Source: an uncultured Dehalococcoidia bacterium
GTDB taxonomy: Bacteria; Chloroflexota; Dehalococcoidia; Lucifugimonadales; UBA3495
NCBI GenBank assembly: GCA_958296445.1
Contig: OY282565.1
Coordinates: 1,565,570 to 1,629,569 of the forward strand
Direction: 5' to 3'
Length of the DNA stretch: 64,000 nt
This document shows positions 34,556 through 43,983 of the stretch, one piece after another; the stretch's first letter is position 1; every line of letters starts with the position of its first letter. The notes below the pieces were generated by a model. It ran no database searches and had not been told where the DNA came from. It worked only from the letters and a program-made list of their open reading frames with translations. The translations under genes were made by a program, and so were the position numbers.

Positions 34556-35406
34556 CAGACAGGCCAGTCTCCGGTGAATACTTCGGTGGCGGGGCCTTCC
34601 ATTATTACTTCGCCTGCGCCGTCCCAGGTTATGGTTAGGGGGCCGCCGGGTAGGGTTATGTTTACTGTGTCGGGGCAGTGGTTGGATAGGCGGGCGGCTA
34701 CGGCTATGGCGCAGGCGCCGGTGCCGCAGGCTAGGGTTTCGCCGCTGCCGCGTTCCCAGACCCGGGCGGTTAGCTTGCCGGGGGCGTCTAGGTTGACAAT
34801 CTCAAAGTTGACGCGGCGGGGAAAGATGGGGTGATGCTCTACTTTGGGGCCGATGGTGTGCAGGGGGAAGTCGGCTACGGGCTGGCTGATGAAGGTTACG
34901 GCGTGGGGGTTGCCCATCGAAACGAAGCTTAGGGGGAGGTCGTAGCCGTCTATCGTAAAGGGGTGTTCCAGCACCGGGGGCGGGGGTTCGCCGTCTAGGG
35001 CTACCGGAATTTGGGCGGGTTCAAGGATGGGGGCGCCCATTGCCACCCGGGCGCCGGTGATGCGGGAGCCGCCGTTGGCGTAGGTGGGGGTGACGGTGCG
35101 GATGCCGGCCAGGGTTTCGACGGTGAGGCTGCCGCTAGGGGGGGCGGCGATGTCGCGCTCGATGGCGTATTTGGCGAAACAGCGGATGCCGTTGCCGCAC
35201 ATTTCGCCTTGGGAGCCGTCGGCGTTGAACATTATCATCTTTAGGTCGGCTATGCCGGAGTCGGCAATGAGAATCAGGCCGTCGCTGCCGACGCCGAAAT
35301 GCCGGTCGCTCATGCGGCGGGACAGTTCGGGCCAGTTTTGTTCTTGGGAGCGGGCGTCTATATATATGTAGTCGTTGCCCGCGCCTTGCATTTTGGTGAA
35401 TTGCAT
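34555..35406 (-). CDS. dapF: Diaminopimelate epimerase
   Basis: 'MQFTKMQGAGNDYIYID...FGVGSDGLILI...FNADGSQGEMCGNGIRC...ERGSGETLACGTGACA'. Both catalytic Cys contexts are present. Start was moved to ATG 35406. Confidence 0.9.
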   Translation of the reverse strand: MQFTKMQGAGNDYIYIDARSQEQNWPELSRRMSDRHFGVGSDGLILIADSGIADLKMIMFNADGSQGEMCGNGIRCFAKYAIERDIAAPPSGSLTVETLAGIRTVTPTYANGGSRITGARVAMGAPILEPAQIPVALDGEPPPPVLEHPFTIDGYDLPLSFVSMGNPHAVTFISQPVADFPLHTIGPKVEHHPIFPRRVNFEIVNLDAPGKLTARVWERGSGETLACGTGACAIAVAARLSNHCPDTVNITLPGGPLTITWDGAGEVIMEGPATEVFTGDWPV

Positions 35407-35961
35407 TGGGGTGGGCTCCTTTTGTGGCGTTGGCCTTTTTGGCCCCCTGAGCGGAGCGGATGGTCTCACTGCTCAGGGGTGGGATTCTTCGCTTTGCTCA
35501 GAATGACAGGGTTTTGCTCAGTGGCGGGGTTTGCATTTTGGTGAATTGCATTGGGGTGGACTCCTTTTGGGGCGTTGGCCTTTTTGCTGCCCTGTCCCCT
35601 GTGTCGCCCTGAGCGGAGCGGAGGGTCTCACTGGCCAAGGTGAGATTCTTCGCTTTGCTCAGAATGACAGGGTTTGCTCGGTGGCGGGGTTTGCTTGGGA
35701 TGATGGGGTTTGCTCGTTGCCCGCGCCTTGCATTTCAGAATGGCGGGGTTTGCTAGGTGGCGGGGTTTGCTTGGGATGATGGGGTTTGCTCGTTGCCCGC
35801 GCCTTGCATTTCAGAATGGCGGGGTTTGCTCGGTGGCGGGGTTTGCTTGGGATGACGGGGTTTGCTCGTTGCCCGCGCCTTGCATTTTGGTGAATTGCAT
35901 TGGGGTGGGCTCCTTTTGTTGGCCTGTGCGGGTTGGTGGTGGTGGGTTGGGGGTTGTTGGG
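35407..35961. repeat. Composite repeat region made of duplicated dapF 5'-end/leader segments interleaved with family-1 repeat cores
   Basis: 'ttgcattttggtgaattgcattggggtgg(g/a)ctcctttt' occurs at 35384-35425 (genuine), 35531-35575 and 35879-35920. The fragment 'gttgcccgcgccttgcatttcagaatggcgggg' occurs at 35715 and 35795. Confidence 0.85.
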
Positions 35962-36942
35962 TCATTGTATCACAGGGGGTTGGGGGGCTGGCGGTTGGAG
36001 GAATTGGGCGACGGCTTGGGCGGCTTGGTGGGGGAGGGCGGGGTTGGTGGCGCAGAGCCAGTGGATGCGGGGGTCGGTGGGCTTGAACCAGGTGTATTGG
36101 CGGCGGGCTAGGCGGTGGGTTTTTAGCTTGGTTTGCCGTATCGCTTGTTCTAAGGGCAGTGCGGCGGTTAGGTGTTGGCCCAGTTCGCGGTAGCCGGGGC
36201 TGTCTAGGGGGCCTTGGCCGGGGGGGAATCCGGCGGCTAGTAGTTGCTCTACTTCTTGGAGGAATCCGTCTTGCATCATTTGGTCAACGCGCCGGTCTAT
36301 GCGCTGGTAGAGGGCTTCGCGGGGCATCGTTAGCCCTAGGATTAGGGTTTGGGTTGGCGGCGTTGACGGGGTGGGGGGCGGCAGTTGGGAGGGGGGCTGG
36401 CCGGTAGCGTGGTAGATTTCTAGGGCGCGGATGACGCGGCGGACGTTGCGGGGGTCTAGGGCGGCGGCGCGGGTTGGGTCTATGGCGGCCAGTTGGCGGT
36501 GCAGGGCGTCGGGGCCTAGGCGGGTCGCTTCGGCTTCCAGTCGGGCCCGCAGTTCGGGGTTGGGGGGCGCGGGGGGGACGGGCTGGCCGTTGACTAGGCC
36601 CCAGACGTATTGCCCGGTGCCGCCGCAGACGATGGGCAGCTTTCCTCGCTGTCGGATGTTGCGCAGGGATTCGGCGGCGTATATAAGGAATAGGCCCAAG
36701 CCGAAATTGTCGGACGGGTCTAGGATGTCTACTAGGTGATGGGGGGCTTGGCGGCGTTCCGCGCCGGTGGGTTTGGCGGAGCCGATGGTCATGCCGCGGT
36801 AGACTTGGCGGCTGTCGGCGTTGATTATTTCGCCGTCGAACCGGCGGGCTAGGGCGACGGCGAGGGCCGTCTTGCCGACGGCGGTGGGGCCGACGATGCA
36901 GACTAGGGGGCCGGTTTGCGGTGGGGGGTGGTTGTCGGTCAT
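35962..36942 (-). CDS. miaA: tRNA dimethylallyltransferase
   Basis: 'CIVGPTAVGKTALAVALARRFDGEIINADSRQVYRGMTIGSAKP' is the typical MiaA N-terminus. Confidence 0.9.
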   Translation of the reverse strand: MTDNHPPPQTGPLVCIVGPTAVGKTALAVALARRFDGEIINADSRQVYRGMTIGSAKPTGAERRQAPHHLVDILDPSDNFGLGLFLIYAAESLRNIRQRGKLPIVCGGTGQYVWGLVNGQPVPPAPPNPELRARLEAEATRLGPDALHRQLAAIDPTRAAALDPRNVRRVIRALEIYHATGQPPSQLPPPTPSTPPTQTLILGLTMPREALYQRIDRRVDQMMQDGFLQEVEQLLAAGFPPGQGPLDSPGYRELGQHLTAALPLEQAIRQTKLKTHRLARRQYTWFKPTDPRIHWLCATNPALPHQAAQAVAQFLQPPAPQPPVIQ

Positions 36943-37149
36943 AGATGGCCTTTTGTCATTTTGCTCAGAGTGACAAAGGGGGCGCTCAGGGTGACAAAGG
37001 GGTTGCTCAGGGTAGTAAAGGGTTGCTCAGGCACTTTCTGTCATTCTGAGCAAAGAGAAGAATCTTGGCTTGAGCGGTGAGGCCCTTCGCTTTGCTCAGG
37101 GTGACAAAGGGTTGCTTAGGGTGACAAAGGGTTGATTTGGCGGCGGCGG

Positions 37150-38790
37150 CTAGTCGGGTTGGCCGAGTTTTGGTTGGCGGCCTTGGGGGGGGCGGGCGCG
37201 TTGGGCGGGCTGGTAGTCGGCGGGGCGGGGGGGCAGGTCGAAGTTTTGGCCGGACAGCATTTCGCCGATGGTGCGTAGCTGGATTTTGGGGAAATCGCGG
37301 GCCCATAGGTCGGAGTGGTAGAAACCGGCGCCGACGGCTTCTTGGCGCATATCCCGGGTGGGCGGTTCTAGGGATATGAACAGTCCCAGGGCGGCCTGCT
37401 CCCGTTCTACTACGCCTTTGAGGTCGCGGATTTGGGGGGATGATACCCGCCCGCCCTTGACTTGGATGACGGCTTTTTGGGGGGTGCGGCGCGGGCCGTC
37501 TAGGAAGTAGAGCATACCGTCAACGCCGCGGTCGGGGCCGCGCTTTTGTTCGGATTGCGGCTGCGCCTGTAGCAGGGATACGGCCCAGAACTGGAACTGG
37601 TAGGGGTCTTGTTCCCAGAGGGCGCGGGCGCTGCCTTCGTCCTGCGGTTCGCCTACTACGGCGTAATCGCGGCCGGCTTCTAGGGCGAAGGCGGTTTTCA
37701 GGCGGTTTTTCATCAGGGCTACGGCTAGGTGGGTTATGTCTATTCCCAGCCACTGGCGGCCGAGCTTGTGGGCGGCGGCTACCGCCGTGCCGCAGCCGCA
37801 GAACGGGTCAAGCACTACGTCGCCCTCGTTGGACGAGGCGCGGATGATGCGCTCTAGCAGGGCTTCGGGCTTTTGGGTGGGGTAGCCTAGTCGCTCTTTG
37901 GCTTGGGATGCGACTGCCCCTATGTCTGTCCATATATCTTGTAAAGGGATTCCCGGCATTTCGTCAAGGTATCTTTTATATGCCGGGACTGCTCCTGGCC
38001 GCGTCTGAACGATGCGGCCGGCGTCAATCAATTCCTGCATTCTTTCTTTGGAATAGCGCCAATAACGGGTGACTCCCATAACTTCATAGCTGGGGTTTCC
38101 TTTGGCTGCGCCGCCGGGCCCGGTTAGGTTATCCAATCTATAGCGGCGTCCGGTGTCGGGTTCCTCGTAGCGATAAGACTGGTCTACGTACTCTTGGTCG
38201 TATTGAGTATAGGTTGGGTTCCAAGTCCAGTTGGAAGTCTTGGTATAAAACAAAATCGTATCGTGAACCCGCCCGTGCTGCCGCCTGCCCTGCCGGGTGT
38301 CGCTGTGGGCGCTGGTGCGCTTCCAAGTTATATCGGTTCGGAAATTCTGTTGCCCAAACACGGTGTCCATAAGCAGTTTCAGGTAATGGCCGGCGGTGGG
38401 GTCGCAGTGGAGGTAGATGCTGCCGGTGGGTTTGAGGGCGCGGCGCAGTTCGACTAGGCGGGGGGCCATCATTGTGAGGTAGGCCATCATAGCGTTGCGG
38501 CCGATGAACTGGCGGAAGGCGGTAATCATATCCTTGACTGCGGGTGGGACGTTTGGGTTGGCGATTATGTCTTGCTCGAAGGTGTGTTCGGTTTCTTGGG
38601 TCCATTCCCAGGTGTCGGTGAAGGCGCGGATTTGGGCTGGGGAATCCTCGCCGGTTTTTTCGCGGAAGAGGACGTTGTAGGATGCGTTGGAGTTGAAGGG
38701 TGGGTCGAGGTAGACGAGGTCTACGGAGGCGTCGGGGACGCGCTCGCGGAGGACGGGTAGGTTGTCGCCGTAGAAGAGGGCGTTGGGCAT
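37150..38790 (-). CDS. Beta-class N4/N6 DNA methyltransferase fused to a C-terminal Mrr-like (PD-(D/E)xK) restriction-endonuclease domain
   Basis: '[16 protein letters not shown]' and '[26 protein letters not shown]'. C-terminus '[12 protein letters not shown]...[23 protein letters not shown]...GLFISL'. Start was moved to ATG 38790. N-terminal half is paralogous to 11707..13224. Confidence 0.8.
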   Translation of the reverse strand: MPNALFYGDNLPVLRERVPDASVDLVYLDPPFNSNASYNVLFREKTGEDSPAQIRAFTDTWEWTQETEHTFEQDIIANPNVPPAVKDMITAFRQFIGRNAMMAYLTMMAPRLVELRRALKPTGSIYLHCDPTAGHYLKLLMDTVFGQQNFRTDITWKRTSAHSDTRQGRRQHGRVHDTILFYTKTSNWTWNPTYTQYDQEYVDQSYRYEEPDTGRRYRLDNLTGPGGAAKGNPSYEVMGVTRYWRYSKERMQELIDAGRIVQTRPGAVPAYKRYLDEMPGIPLQDIWTDIGAVASQAKERLGYPTQKPEALLERIIRASSNEGDVVLDPFCGCGTAVAAAHKLGRQWLGIDITHLAVALMKNRLKTAFALEAGRDYAVVGEPQDEGSARALWEQDPYQFQFWAVSLLQAQPQSEQKRGPDRGVDGMLYFLDGPRRTPQKAVIQVKGGRVSSPQIRDLKGVVEREQAALGLFISLEPPTRDMRQEAVGAGFYHSDLWARDFPKIQLRTIGEMLSGQNFDLPPRPADYQPAQRARPPQGRQPKLGQPD

Positions 38791-39452
38791 CAGGGGGCCT
38801 CGCGGGCTAGGCGCTCGGCGTCGCGGATGTAGTCGGCGGTGTCGCGGATGTCGTGGATGAGCAGGTTGACCGGCTCGACGTTGCGCTCGACTACGGCGGT
38901 CTGGTAGATGTCGTGGGATATTGTGGCGTAGCGGCCTTTTATGGGCCGCAAGTCTTGGTTTTGCTCCCGGTTCTGCCAGACAAGGCGCGTCAGGCAGTCG
39001 TAAGTCCATTTTTCGTCGTCCGGGGTGGTTTCCACGCCGGTTCGGGCCAATATCAGGGCGTTGGTGGCCTGTAAAGCGGCGGCCCAAGCCTTTTCCGCCG
39101 ACTTGTGCAGGAGTTCGCGGTTCCAGAGTTGGTTGGCCTCATCCAAGTATTGGACGGCCTCGGAGTAGGTGGCGTGGGCCTTGGCAAACAGGTCGGTCAC
39201 TCGCTTGGTTTCCAGCATATTTGCGTTCTCCGGGTTTTGGCTGCCCAGGCTGCGTATTCCGGCTGAAGTTTGCCCGACGGTGGGCATCCGCCCGGTGCGG
39301 GCGAGGATCAGGGCGTCGGTGGCCCGCTTGGTGGCGCCCCAGGCGGCTTCGGCGGCGATGCGGTGCTTGCCGAGCTCCAGGATTTCGATGGCGTCGGCGT
39401 AGAGCGCCCAGGCGTCGGCGAAGATGGCGGCGGCTTGGTCGGGTTCTGGCAC
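38790..39452 (-). CDS. PaREP1/HEPN-like helical protein (one partial plus one full repeat)
   Basis: Two 'AxEAAWGA / [22 protein letters not shown]' signatures. GTG start at 39452, preceded by AGGAGA. An internal ATG at 39218 is an alternative start. The stop overlaps the methyltransferase ATG as TGATG. Confidence 0.5.
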   Translation of the reverse strand: MPEPDQAAAIFADAWALYADAIEILELGKHRIAAEAAWGATKRATDALILARTGRMPTVGQTSAGIRSLGSQNPENANMLETKRVTDLFAKAHATYSEAVQYLDEANQLWNRELLHKSAEKAWAAALQATNALILARTGVETTPDDEKWTYDCLTRLVWQNREQNQDLRPIKGRYATISHDIYQTAVVERNVEPVNLLIHDIRDTADYIRDAERLAREAP

Positions 39453-39484
39453 GGGGTCTCCTAGGGTTTGGCTGGGACGGCGGT

Positions 39485-39901
39485 TCAGGGGGCCTCGCGG
39501 GCTAGGCGCTCGGCGTCGCGGATGTAGTCGGCGGTGTCGCGGATGTCGTGGATGGTGAAGTCCAGGGGGTCTACGCTGCCGTTGCATAGCACTAGGTCGA
39601 AAAGATAGACGGACAGGTGGGCGTACCTGTCTTTCAGATCCTCGAGCCCCGGAACTTCTTTGGCCAGGCGCGACAGCAAGCCATAGGTATCGGCGTCGCT
39701 GCCGGGTTTGGGTTCGATGCCGGTGCGGGCGAGAATCAGGGCGTTGGTGGCCTGGTTGGCGGCGGCCCACGCTTTTTCCGCTGATCTAAGCAGTTCGCGC
39801 TTGTCCCAATGCTTTGTTGCGTCGTCCAGCCGCGCTAGGGAATCCGCGCTATTGACGCGGGCTTCGTCCAGTAGAGCGACAACCTGTTTGGTTTTTAACA
39901 T
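39485..39901 (-). CDS. PaREP1/HEPN-like helical protein
   Basis: 138 aa. '[22 protein letters not shown]'. The last ~70 nt are identical to the 3' end of 38790..39452. Confidence 0.5.
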   Translation of the reverse strand: MLKTKQVVALLDEARVNSADSLARLDDATKHWDKRELLRSAEKAWAAANQATNALILARTGIEPKPGSDADTYGLLSRLAKEVPGLEDLKDRYAHLSVYLFDLVLCNGSVDPLDFTIHDIRDTADYIRDAERLAREAP

Positions 39902-40010
39902 ACGTTTTCAGCCTCTGCCGCGGCCAATTGCTCCGTGGCGCGGATGTAGTTGGCGGCGGCTTGGTCGGGTTCTGGCACGGGGTCTCCTAGGGTTTGGCTG
40001 GGACGGCGGT

Positions 40011-40337
40011 TCAGGGGGTGCCTTGTTTTTTCATGTGCTTCAGGGACAGCCAGGTTCCAGTATCGAACTCCTGAAGGATGGCGAAATAGTTGGTGGCGTC
40101 CGGGCCTTGGCCCACTTTGCGCTGGTCAACGGCTAGGAGGCCGCCCAAGACTTCAAGCGCCCGGCTCAAATGGGCTGTTATGTTATCCGTTTCGTTATGG
40201 CGCATCAGCTCTTCTTGGATTTCCGCCAGTGAGTAGGCGAAATCCGGCCGCTCGGCGAGAAAGTGGTAGACTAGACGCATTACTTGTTCGCATTCCGCGG
40301 TTATTTCAAGCTCGAATTGGCGTCTGGTAACAGGCAT
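40011..40337 (-). CDS. Hypothetical small protein (possible winged-helix)
   Basis: 108-aa ORF, lower GC, same strand and tightly spaced with its neighbours. I recognise no family. Confidence 0.4.
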   Translation of the reverse strand: MPVTRRQFELEITAECEQVMRLVYHFLAERPDFAYSLAEIQEELMRHNETDNITAHLSRALEVLGGLLAVDQRKVGQGPDATNYFAILQEFDTGTWLSLKHMKKQGTP

Positions 40338-40357
40338 AGGGTCGCCTCCTTGGTAAG

Positions 40358-40612
40358 TTATTGGCCTACGTTTGGTATAGTATACACCCGGATGCCCACC
40401 ATAAATTTCGACTCAATCAGGTTGGCATCAACCAAATCTTCCAGAGTCAACACAACTTCGGCAGGGGTGACTCGACGCTCGTAGACCTCTAGGAGCGCAT
40501 ACAGGATCTCGTCGGCAGTAAAGGCTTCGTCGTTGCGAGCCTTTAGATACTGCAAAATCGGCACCCCGAAGTTGAGGCGCTCATCGTCGTATTCTTGTCG
40601 GCTTATGGGCAT
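40358..40612 (-). CDS. Hypothetical small protein (possible winged-helix)
   Basis: 84-aa ORF, lower GC. Starts 4 nt after the tpiA stop. 'ILQYLKARNDEAFTADEILYAL' resembles a wHTH recognition region. Confidence 0.4.
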   Translation of the reverse strand: MPISRQEYDDERLNFGVPILQYLKARNDEAFTADEILYALLEVYERRVTPAEVVLTLEDLVDANLIESKFMVGIRVYTIPNVGQ

Positions 40613-40616
40613 TGGG

Positions 40617-41390
40617 TTATGCCTTTGGGGTGGCGAAGGCGGCGGCTACTTGTAGGAACTGGTTGGCTTGGAGGCTGGCGCCGCCTACTAGGGCGCCGTG
40701 GATGCCGGGCTGGGCGGCGAAGGCGGCGGCGTTGGCGGGGTTGACGCTGCCTCCGTATAGCAGGGGGACGGCGTCGGCGGCGTCGCCGAAAAGGTCGCGG
40801 AGGGCGTCTAGGATGGCGCCGCCCATAATTTCCCCGGCGATTTCGGGGGTGGCGGCGCGGCCGGCGCCGATGGCCCATACGGGTTCGTAGGCGATTACTA
40901 TGTCGGTTATGTCCGGTACGTCGGCTACTCCGGCCAGCACTTGGCCTTCTACTACGTCGGCGGCTTGGCCCGATTCCCGGTGTTCTAGGGTTTCGCCGAC
41001 GCAGACTATGGGGCGGAGTCCGGCGAGGAGGGCGGCGCGGGTTTTGCGGTTGACCAGTTCGTCGGTTTCGCCGAAAAGCTGGCGGCGCTCGGAGTGGCCG
41101 AGGATGACGTACTGGCACAGGCCGCGCAGCATTTCGGCGGATACCTCGCCAGTGAAGGCCCCGGAAGGCTCGAAGTGCATATTCTGCGCCCCTACTCCGA
41201 CCCGGGTTGCGCCTGCGGATGGGCCGGTTACTGCGTCGCGCACTGCCGCTAGGGAAACGAAGGGCGGGCAGATTACCAGCTCGACGCCGTTGGCGTTGGC
41301 GGCTCCGGCGGCCACATCAGCGGCCAGGGCGGCGGCCTGGGCTAGGGTGGTGTTCATTTTCCAGTTTCCGGCGACGATGGAGCGGGGCAT
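40617..41390 (-). CDS. tpiA: Triosephosphate isomerase
   Basis: 'IVAGNWKMN', 'ILGHSERR' and '[12 protein letters not shown]'. Start was moved to ATG 41390. Confidence 0.9.
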   Translation of the reverse strand: MPRSIVAGNWKMNTTLAQAAALAADVAAGAANANGVELVICPPFVSLAAVRDAVTGPSAGATRVGVGAQNMHFEPSGAFTGEVSAEMLRGLCQYVILGHSERRQLFGETDELVNRKTRAALLAGLRPIVCVGETLEHRESGQAADVVEGQVLAGVADVPDITDIVIAYEPVWAIGAGRAATPEIAGEIMGGAILDALRDLFGDAADAVPLLYGGSVNPANAAAFAAQPGIHGALVGGASLQANQFLQVAAAFATPKA

Positions 41391-41501
41391 AGCGATACCT
41401 CTGGATGTTGGATTGAGCGGAGGGAATAAGGCATTGCGGCGTTGCGCCATTGCGTTTATTCCCGGTTCCTCCGGCTTGGCGTTAGGGGTTTTCCGGCGGG
41501 G

Positions 41502-42707
41502 TTATGGGCCGTACTTCGCCATTTTTCCGGCGTGGGACATTCCGAGGAGCATTACGTTGGTGGCGGGGATGCTGCCGATGGAGCCTTGGCGGCAGGCGCG
41601 TTCATTGAAGGCGGGGATTCCCTCGCCCCGGGTTAGGTGGGAGTGGAGCATAAAAGGCACGGGATGCCAGCTATGCCCGGCGGTGATGGCGGGGGTGGCG
41701 TGGTCGCCTGCGACTATAAATACGTCGGGCTGTAGCTCGCGGATTGCCGGGATTAGGGGGTCGAGCTCTTCCAGGCACCGGACTTTGGCGTTGAAATCGC
41801 CATCCTCTCCGGCGGCGTCGGCCGGTTTGTAGTGGATAAAAAAGAAATCGTGGGCGTCGAAGTTCCGGCGCATTGTTTCCACTTCGTCGGCGAATTGGCG
41901 GCCGGTGGGGATGACTTTCATTCCGGCGACGGTGGCGAGGCCGCGATACATAGGATAGGCGGCGATGGCGGCGGGGTTCATGCGGTAGACTTGGCCCATC
42001 GGGGGCAGGGTGGGCATTTGGGCGAAACCGCGCAGCAGGAGCATATTGGCGCGGTCTTCTTCGGACATCAGATAGGCCGCCTGTTCGACGAATTGATTGA
42101 CTAGGGCCGCGGTGTGTTCCGCGCCGCCGTTTAGGGGGCGCACCGGGAGGGCGGGAACGCCGGTTTGTTGCGGGTCGGTTTCGGTTACGGCTTCGGACAG
42201 CCCCTCGCCGCGCAGCCGCAGCACAAAGCGGTAGTCCTGCACCGGGAACACGTCCACCTGAACGCCGTCCAGTTGGATGCGGTCGAGGCGGTGGCAGATG
42301 GGGGCGCTGAGTTCGGTGGGGATGCGCCCGGCGCGGCGGTCGGTGAGCAGCCCTTGGGAGTCTATGGTGCAGAAGTTGCCGCGGGCGGCTACGTCGCCGG
42401 GCTGGAGCTCGACGTCTATGCCTAGGGCTTCTAGGGCGCCCCGGCCGATGATGTGCTTTAGGGGGTCGTATCCGAACAGGGCCAGGTGTCCGGGGCCGCT
42501 GCCGGGGGCCACGCCGGGAAGCACCGGGGTGGTCAGGCCGCAGGCGCTTTCTTGGGCCATAGCGTCTAGGTTGGGCAGGCGGGCGGTTTCCAGTTCCGAC
42601 AGGCCGGTGTCGGGGTGGGCTAGGCCGCCCAGCCCGTCCACCACCAGCAGCACAATTTTTGACGGCGTGTTGAGGTAGCAGTCGCGCAGTTCTTGGAGGT
42701 CTATCAT
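41502..42707 (-). CDS. apgM: Cofactor-independent phosphoglycerate mutase, archaeal ApgM type
   Basis: 401 aa. '[12 protein letters not shown]...PNLD...[14 protein letters not shown]...AGDHATP' matches the ApgM pattern. Confidence 0.8.
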   Translation of the reverse strand: MIDLQELRDCYLNTPSKIVLLVVDGLGGLAHPDTGLSELETARLPNLDAMAQESACGLTTPVLPGVAPGSGPGHLALFGYDPLKHIIGRGALEALGIDVELQPGDVAARGNFCTIDSQGLLTDRRAGRIPTELSAPICHRLDRIQLDGVQVDVFPVQDYRFVLRLRGEGLSEAVTETDPQQTGVPALPVRPLNGGAEHTAALVNQFVEQAAYLMSEEDRANMLLLRGFAQMPTLPPMGQVYRMNPAAIAAYPMYRGLATVAGMKVIPTGRQFADEVETMRRNFDAHDFFFIHYKPADAAGEDGDFNAKVRCLEELDPLIPAIRELQPDVFIVAGDHATPAITAGHSWHPVPFMLHSHLTRGEGIPAFNERACRQGSIGSIPATNVMLLGMSHAGKMAKYGP

Positions 42708-42752
42708 TGCCTTCGGTTCTCCTTATTGAGTGAGGGCGGGTTCCGCGTATTG

Positions 42753-43952
42753 TCAGGATGCGTCGGGGAGGGCGGCGATGGCGGGCAGTTCTAGGCCGCC
42801 CAAAAACTCTAGGGAGGCGCCGCCGCCGGTGGATACGTGGGTCATACCGTCTACCAGTCCTAGGGCTTCGACGGCTTCGGCGGTGGAGCCGCCGCCGACT
42901 ACGCTGGTTATGCCGGGCGCGTTGGCGATTGCCTGGGCCACGGCGCGGGTGCCTTCGCTGAAGCGGGGCATCTCGAACACGCCCATCGGGCCGTTCCATA
43001 TAACGGTGCGGCACTGTTGCAGGCGTTGGGCGAATTGCGCGGCGGCGGAGGGGGCGATGTCCATAATAAAGGCGCCATCCGGCACTTGAGTTGCGGGCGT
43101 GACTCGAACATCGGCGGGTTCGGGGGCGAATTCGCTGGCGACCACTACTTCGGCGGGCAGATGCACCTGGATGTTGCGGCGGGCGGCGGCGTCCAGCATT
43201 TCGCGGGCGAACTCTAGGCGATCTTCCTCGACCGGGGACGCCCCGACGCTGTGGCCTTGGGCCTTTAGGAAAGTTACGCACATTCCGCCGCCGATGAACA
43301 GGTGGTCGAGTTTGTCCAGCATATTTTGCAGCAGGAGGATTTTGTCGCTGACCTTGGCGCCGCCGAGCAGAGCGGCTAGGGGTTTTTCCGGGGCGTCTAG
43401 GGCTCGGCCCATAGAGTTTACTTCCTTTTCGACCAGAAAACCCATAGCCGAGGGCAGGTATCGGGGGACGCCGACGGTGGAGGCGTGGGCGCGGTGGGCC
43501 ACGGCGAAGGCGTCCATTACGAAATAGTCGGCCAAGGCGGCTAGGGATTGGGCAAAGGCGGGGTCGTTGGCTTCCTCGCCGGGGTGGAACCGCAGGTTTT
43601 CCAGCAGGGCGACGTCGCCGGGGGACATTGCGGCGATGGCGGCGTCCACTTCCGGCCCGGTGATTTCCGGCAGGCTTTTGACTGGGTGGCCTAGCAGGTA
43701 GGCTAGGCGGTCGCCTACCGGGGCTAGGCGCAGGGCGTCGTCAACTTTTCCTCGGGGACGCCCCAAGTGGGAGCATAGAATCGTGCGGCAACCTTGGCCG
43801 ATGAGGTGGCGGATGGTGGGCAGGGTGGCGCGGAGGCGCTGGTCGTATCCGGCGATGGCTTCGATTCCCTGCTCGATGGGGATGTTGAAATCCACCCGCA
43901 CCAGCACCCGGCTGTTGGCTGGGTTGAGTTGGGACAGAGTGCGCTTAACCAC
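42753..43952 (-). CDS. pgk: Phosphoglycerate kinase
   Basis: 'VRVDFNIP...SHLGRPRGK...FHPGEE...GGAKVSDKI...WNGPMGVFE...GGGST'. Confidence 0.9.
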   Translation of the reverse strand: MVKRTLSQLNPANSRVLVRVDFNIPIEQGIEAIAGYDQRLRATLPTIRHLIGQGCRTILCSHLGRPRGKVDDALRLAPVGDRLAYLLGHPVKSLPEITGPEVDAAIAAMSPGDVALLENLRFHPGEEANDPAFAQSLAALADYFVMDAFAVAHRAHASTVGVPRYLPSAMGFLVEKEVNSMGRALDAPEKPLAALLGGAKVSDKILLLQNMLDKLDHLFIGGGMCVTFLKAQGHSVGASPVEEDRLEFAREMLDAAARRNIQVHLPAEVVVASEFAPEPADVRVTPATQVPDGAFIMDIAPSAAAQFAQRLQQCRTVIWNGPMGVFEMPRFSEGTRAVAQAIANAPGITSVVGGGSTAEAVEALGLVDGMTHVSTGGGASLEFLGGLELPAIAALPDAS

Positions 43953-43983
43953 TTGCGTCTCCCGTATGCTTAATTTCCGGCGC

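Noticed and set aside
35531-36111. Plus-strand ORFs 35531..35779, 35710..36111, 35862..36086 and minus-strand ORF 35753..35965 in the miaA-dapF spacer.
   Set aside because: They lie entirely within repeat-derived sequence and partly antisense to miaA. Their repetitive Gly/Trp/Leu composition reflects the repeats, not coding potential.
38791-39770. N-terminal extensions of the track ORFs 37150..39087 and 38790..39770.
   Set aside because: The extended parts are Arg/Pro/His-rich read-through of neighbouring genes in wrong frames. Conserved methyltransferase and PaREP1-like sequences begin at 38790 and 39452 respectively.
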